Of a stretch of 64,000 bases of DNA, positions 60,460 to 64,000 are shown piece after piece. Both the position numbers and the translations under genes were made by a program. The notes below the pieces were generated by a model. The model had not been told where the DNA came from. It worked only from the letters and a program-made list of their open reading frames with translations, and searched no databases. Numbering within the stretch: position 1 is the first letter of the stretch; every line of letters starts with the position of its first letter. The stretch comes from Hypanus sabinus (taxonomy: Eukaryota), in assembly GCF_030144855.1 (NCBI RefSeq), contig NC_082718.1, positions 103,974,001-104,038,000 on the forward strand. The letters run 5' to 3'.

Positions 60460-60860
60460 GCATAAGACTTAGGAACAGAATTAGGCCATTCAGCCCATCA
60501 AGTCTGCTCTGTCATTTGATCATGGCTAATTTATTATCCCTCTCAACCCCATTCTTCTGCCTTCATCCGGTAAGCTTTGATGCTCTTTCTAATCTAGAGC
60601 ATCTCAACCTCCGCTTTAAATATACCCAGTGTCTTTCCCTCTCAGCAGTCTGTGGCAATGAATTCCACAGTTTCATTGCTCTGGCTAAAGAAATTCCTCC
60701 TCATCTGTGTTCTAAAGGGATGACACTCTATTCTGAGGCTGTACACTCTGGTCCTAGTCTCCCCCACTATAGGAAATGCCCTTTCCTCATCCTCTCTATC
60801 TAGGCCTTTTGTTTCATTGAGATCTCACCCCCCCCCCCCCCACCGAGTCGTCTAAACACT
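60460..60860 (-). mobile_element. CR1 3' fragment
   Basis: cataagacttaggaacagaattaggccattcagccc...gtggcaatgaattccacag. Confidence 0.8.
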
Positions 60861-61199
60861 ATAGGACTCTGATCAAATTGTTCTTGAGGCCCGGCTAAGT
60901 GGACCCTGCTTGCTTTGAGCCACGTAGTAATGGGAGAACTTGAAGGATTCGATGTGTTTCTGTGGCTGGAGCAATTGCAACAACAAAACCAAAGTGGGCA
61001 TTTTCCAGGCGCAAGGTGGCTGTGGTGGTTGCAGGAGACGAAGAAATGCAAATGTGCACAGAATCCAGTGTTATAGAGGGGCTGCATTGATACAGTTTAT
61101 ATGGAAGTTTGAGTAAAGTGAGTTAATTCCCCACAAAACAAATTGTGCAATACTCTACAGATAAAATCTATCAAAAATGCATTATAATTCCTGTCATTC

Positions 61200-61715
61200 A
61201 TTCAAAGTTCAAAGTAAGTTTATTATCAAAGTACATATGTGTCACCATACATTACCTTGAGATTCATTTTCTTGCAGGCATTCACAATAGAACCGAGAAA
61301 TACAATTGAATCAATAAAACGCTGTACACAACCCATGTGCAAAAGAAGATGAACTGTGCAAATAATAAAAATTATGTAAATGAGTAATACTATGAGATTA
61401 GAGACTTTAAAAGTGAGTTCATAGGTTGTGGAATCAATTCAGTGCTGAGGTGAGTGAAGTTATCCACATTGGTTCAGGAGCCTGATGGTTGATGGGTAAT
61501 AACTGTCCCTGAACCTGGAGGTGTGGAAGCGAAGATGCCTGTACCACCTTCCTGATGGCAGTGGTGAGAAGAGAGCGTGGCCTGGATGGTGGGGTTCTCG
61601 GATGAGGCTTTTCTGTTCATGGGCTTTGGTGTTTCCATACCAGGCCGTGCTGCAACCAGTCGGGGCACTCTCCACTGTGCATCTGTGGAAGTTTATCAGT
61701 GTTTTCGATTAATCT
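61200..61715 (-). mobile_element. Rex1/Babar LINE 3' fragment
   Basis: VESAPTGCSTAWYGN...HHPGHALFSPLPSGRWYR...RFRDSYYPSTIRLLN; (TTTGAAC)n tail. Confidence 0.85.
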
Positions 61716-61777
61716 GTGCAAACCTCGAAGATTGTAGAGGCATTGTGATGGCGCTTGCGTGCTGGTCCCAGTTAATC

Positions 61778-62437
61778 GTTCGAAGTTCAAGGTAAATCTG
61801 TTATCAAAGTATTTATACCAGGTACAACTTTGAGATTCATCTCCTTGCAGGCAGCCACAAAACAAAGAAATACAGTAGGATCCATGAAAACCCTCACACA
61901 GCAAACACGGACATACATTCAATGCGGGAAAACAAGAACGAATCATGTAAAAAAAAGTAAACAATAACCGCAGAGTTCCCCTCCCCAAAAGTCAGCCAAA
62001 TCAGCGTTGAGGCGAGTGAAGGGGCAGGTCACAGCTGTGGAGTCCTTCCAGGGCTGAGGTGAGCAACGCCGGTCGAGGAGCCCCGAGGTTGTCCTCTCCC
62101 TTGGCTTTGGCACCTCAATCTTGTAATCTAGCCCGGCGTTTAAATCGGCTAAATGTCAGTTCATTTCTCACTCTTGGGTCGGGCCCCAGCACTTTAGTCT
62201 GGCTGAAATCGCCTCCAGCAATGGTACCTGCATTCTTAAAAGTCCAGTTTGTTAATCCCTCAGGTGATGGCAAAAACGCCAGGTCAGTCAGAGGGTTCAG
62301 AAACACACCTCCCGGAGGAAAACTAGAGGCGGCAGATTGTAGTTATCGCAGTCCAGAAGAAGTATGTTTCGCAGAATAGCTAGTAGTTTTGTGAGCTGCA
62401 CACTAAATGGTGCCATGTGTCGCCAAGTGCCATATTG
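61778..62437 (-). mobile_element. Non-coding bipartite retroelement (LINE-like 5' end plus Rex-type 3' tail)
   Basis: Minus strand starts CAATATGGC...CATGGC (YY1-like motif) and ends in a (TTGAAC)-type tail; no RT homology between. Confidence 0.5.
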
Positions 62438-63254
62438 TAGCCTCTTGCAAATGAGCTGCTAACTGCACCACCAATCTCCTCAAGATTCCTTCAACCGGAA
62501 CGCAGTAATCACAAGATTCTGCACCACTCAGTGGACGGTGTAGGTCTAGATGGTGAACTTCTACAAGCTATTCAACCTTTGCATGCATTGTATCCAGCCA
62601 CAAAAATGCTCTGGAAATGGAATGGCCTGGTAGAATCAAAGGCATGAATTCTAATCCCTATTGTTCTCTGTAATCATGATGTTGGAGACCTTTGTCCTTT
62701 GGTTCTGAACCATTGCTATGATATTTTCGTTGTAAGGGTGGAAATGTATTTAACGTGCCATGACCTTGGTCAAGAATGATCTGTGGTTACGTAATCCGAA
62801 TGGACAATTTCAGGTGCTTGCCTTCGAAACTCCAATGATCAGCTTTAATTATGCACTTTATATTGAAGAAGTTTAGCATCTCAAATCTTCCTGACATTAT
62901 CTCAATCAGCCTTGAATGGCTTATTTCATTAACAAAGTAATTTATTGTGTGATCTCTGAAATGTACATATTTTATATTAGATAAAGGGCTAAAATATTGC
63001 CTCAAATTGATTTTTTTTTCCTTTTAAGCACACTTAATCACTTTTATCACGGTGAATTAATTTGCTTTAATTATGATAAATTGGAACCAGTGAAAGAACT
63101 CAATAAAAATGAAGAAACTGAAAAGCTACAATTACAAAAGGTACATTGAAATAACAAATTCAAAATGCACGGTTTTAAAATGAAATAATGAAAATATTTG
63201 AATAAATTGTCACGAGCTATTGTTTCTCAATATTTCAATATAGTTAAGAATAAT

Positions 63255-63430
63255 CTGTTGCCAGGATTAGAGGGCAGGTCCTCCGAGGAGAGGCTGGGCA
63301 AACTTGTGTTATTTTCTCTGGAGTGGCAGAGGCTGAGGGGAGATCAAATAGAAGTTTATAAGACTATGAAAGACGAAGACAGAGTAGACAGCGGGCATCT
63401 TTTTCCCAGAATTGGAATATTGAATAATAG
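63255..63430 (+). mobile_element. CR1 RT fragment
   Basis: LPGLEGRSSEERLGKLVLFSLEWQRLRGDQIEVYK. Confidence 0.85.
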
Positions 63431-64000
63431 TTAGTATTGTTAGGAGCCACAGTGGACTATCCAGCTGTCTGACCCTGTCCTGCATTTCATCATTGTAGCA
63501 GAAGGTCTTCTGCCTCAGCTTCATTTTCCTGAACCAGGCTCATCAACCTTGATTTCCATATTCTCACTTTTCTCACAACAGGGATGGAGTCATTTGTTCC
63601 TTTGTGTTTCTGCTGGCTGTCAGATCAATGCCATCAGCCTTGATTCCACACTTACTGCCCTATTACCTATTCCCTGTCACCTGCCTACCCTGACCCTCCT
63701 ACCACCAGACCACACTACCACACTAGCGGTGAATAACACTACCTCTTTGGACCATGGGAGGAAAGTGGAGTAGCCTGGGGAAAACATGTGTAGTCACAGG
63801 GACAACTCCACATAGACAGTAGCAGAAATTAGAATCAGACCTGGATCACTACCTTTGTGAGGCCACGGTGCTATCAGCCACCTATCTTGAATATACTCAG
63901 TGAATTTCCGAAGTTCTCCAGGTCTGTGAATTTCTAAGCTTTACCGCTTTCTCAGTGAAGAAATTTTGTCTCTACTCATTTCTGAAAGGCCCCAAGATTT

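Noticed and set aside
1-64000. CRISPR array, prokaryotic operon or known miRNA/snoRNA
   Set aside because: No regularly spaced repeats, no gene-dense tracts, and no mature miRNA or box C/D pair recognised by eye; an Rfam scan would be needed to exclude small RNAs.

Overview
Repeat-dense, non-coding vertebrate DNA (intron or intergenic). No host protein-coding exon, rRNA, tRNA gene or CRISPR array can be supported. The repeat mix is CR1/HER1-like LINEs, Rex1/Babar LINEs, Penelope-like elements, tRNA-headed SINEs, RTE, hAT, Tigger and Harbinger MITEs, and solo LTRs. By inference this points to a cartilaginous fish, probably a ray. All recognisable ORFs are transposon-derived. The most notable structures are: (1) a 1.6 kb hAT derivative in which a solo-LTR-like segment sits directly upstream of an open but catalytically dead transposase remnant; (2) many Penelope-derived short repeats whose consensus is a loopless, probably dimer-dependent type I hammerhead ribozyme; (3) an RTE LINE with a twin-priming-style 5' inversion plus duplication; (4) a chimeric CR1 with two tandem endonuclease N-termini; (5) an approximately 80 bp hAT MITE family; and (6) several solo LTRs, two with exact TSDs. 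Family names come from motif recognition only; no database search was run.
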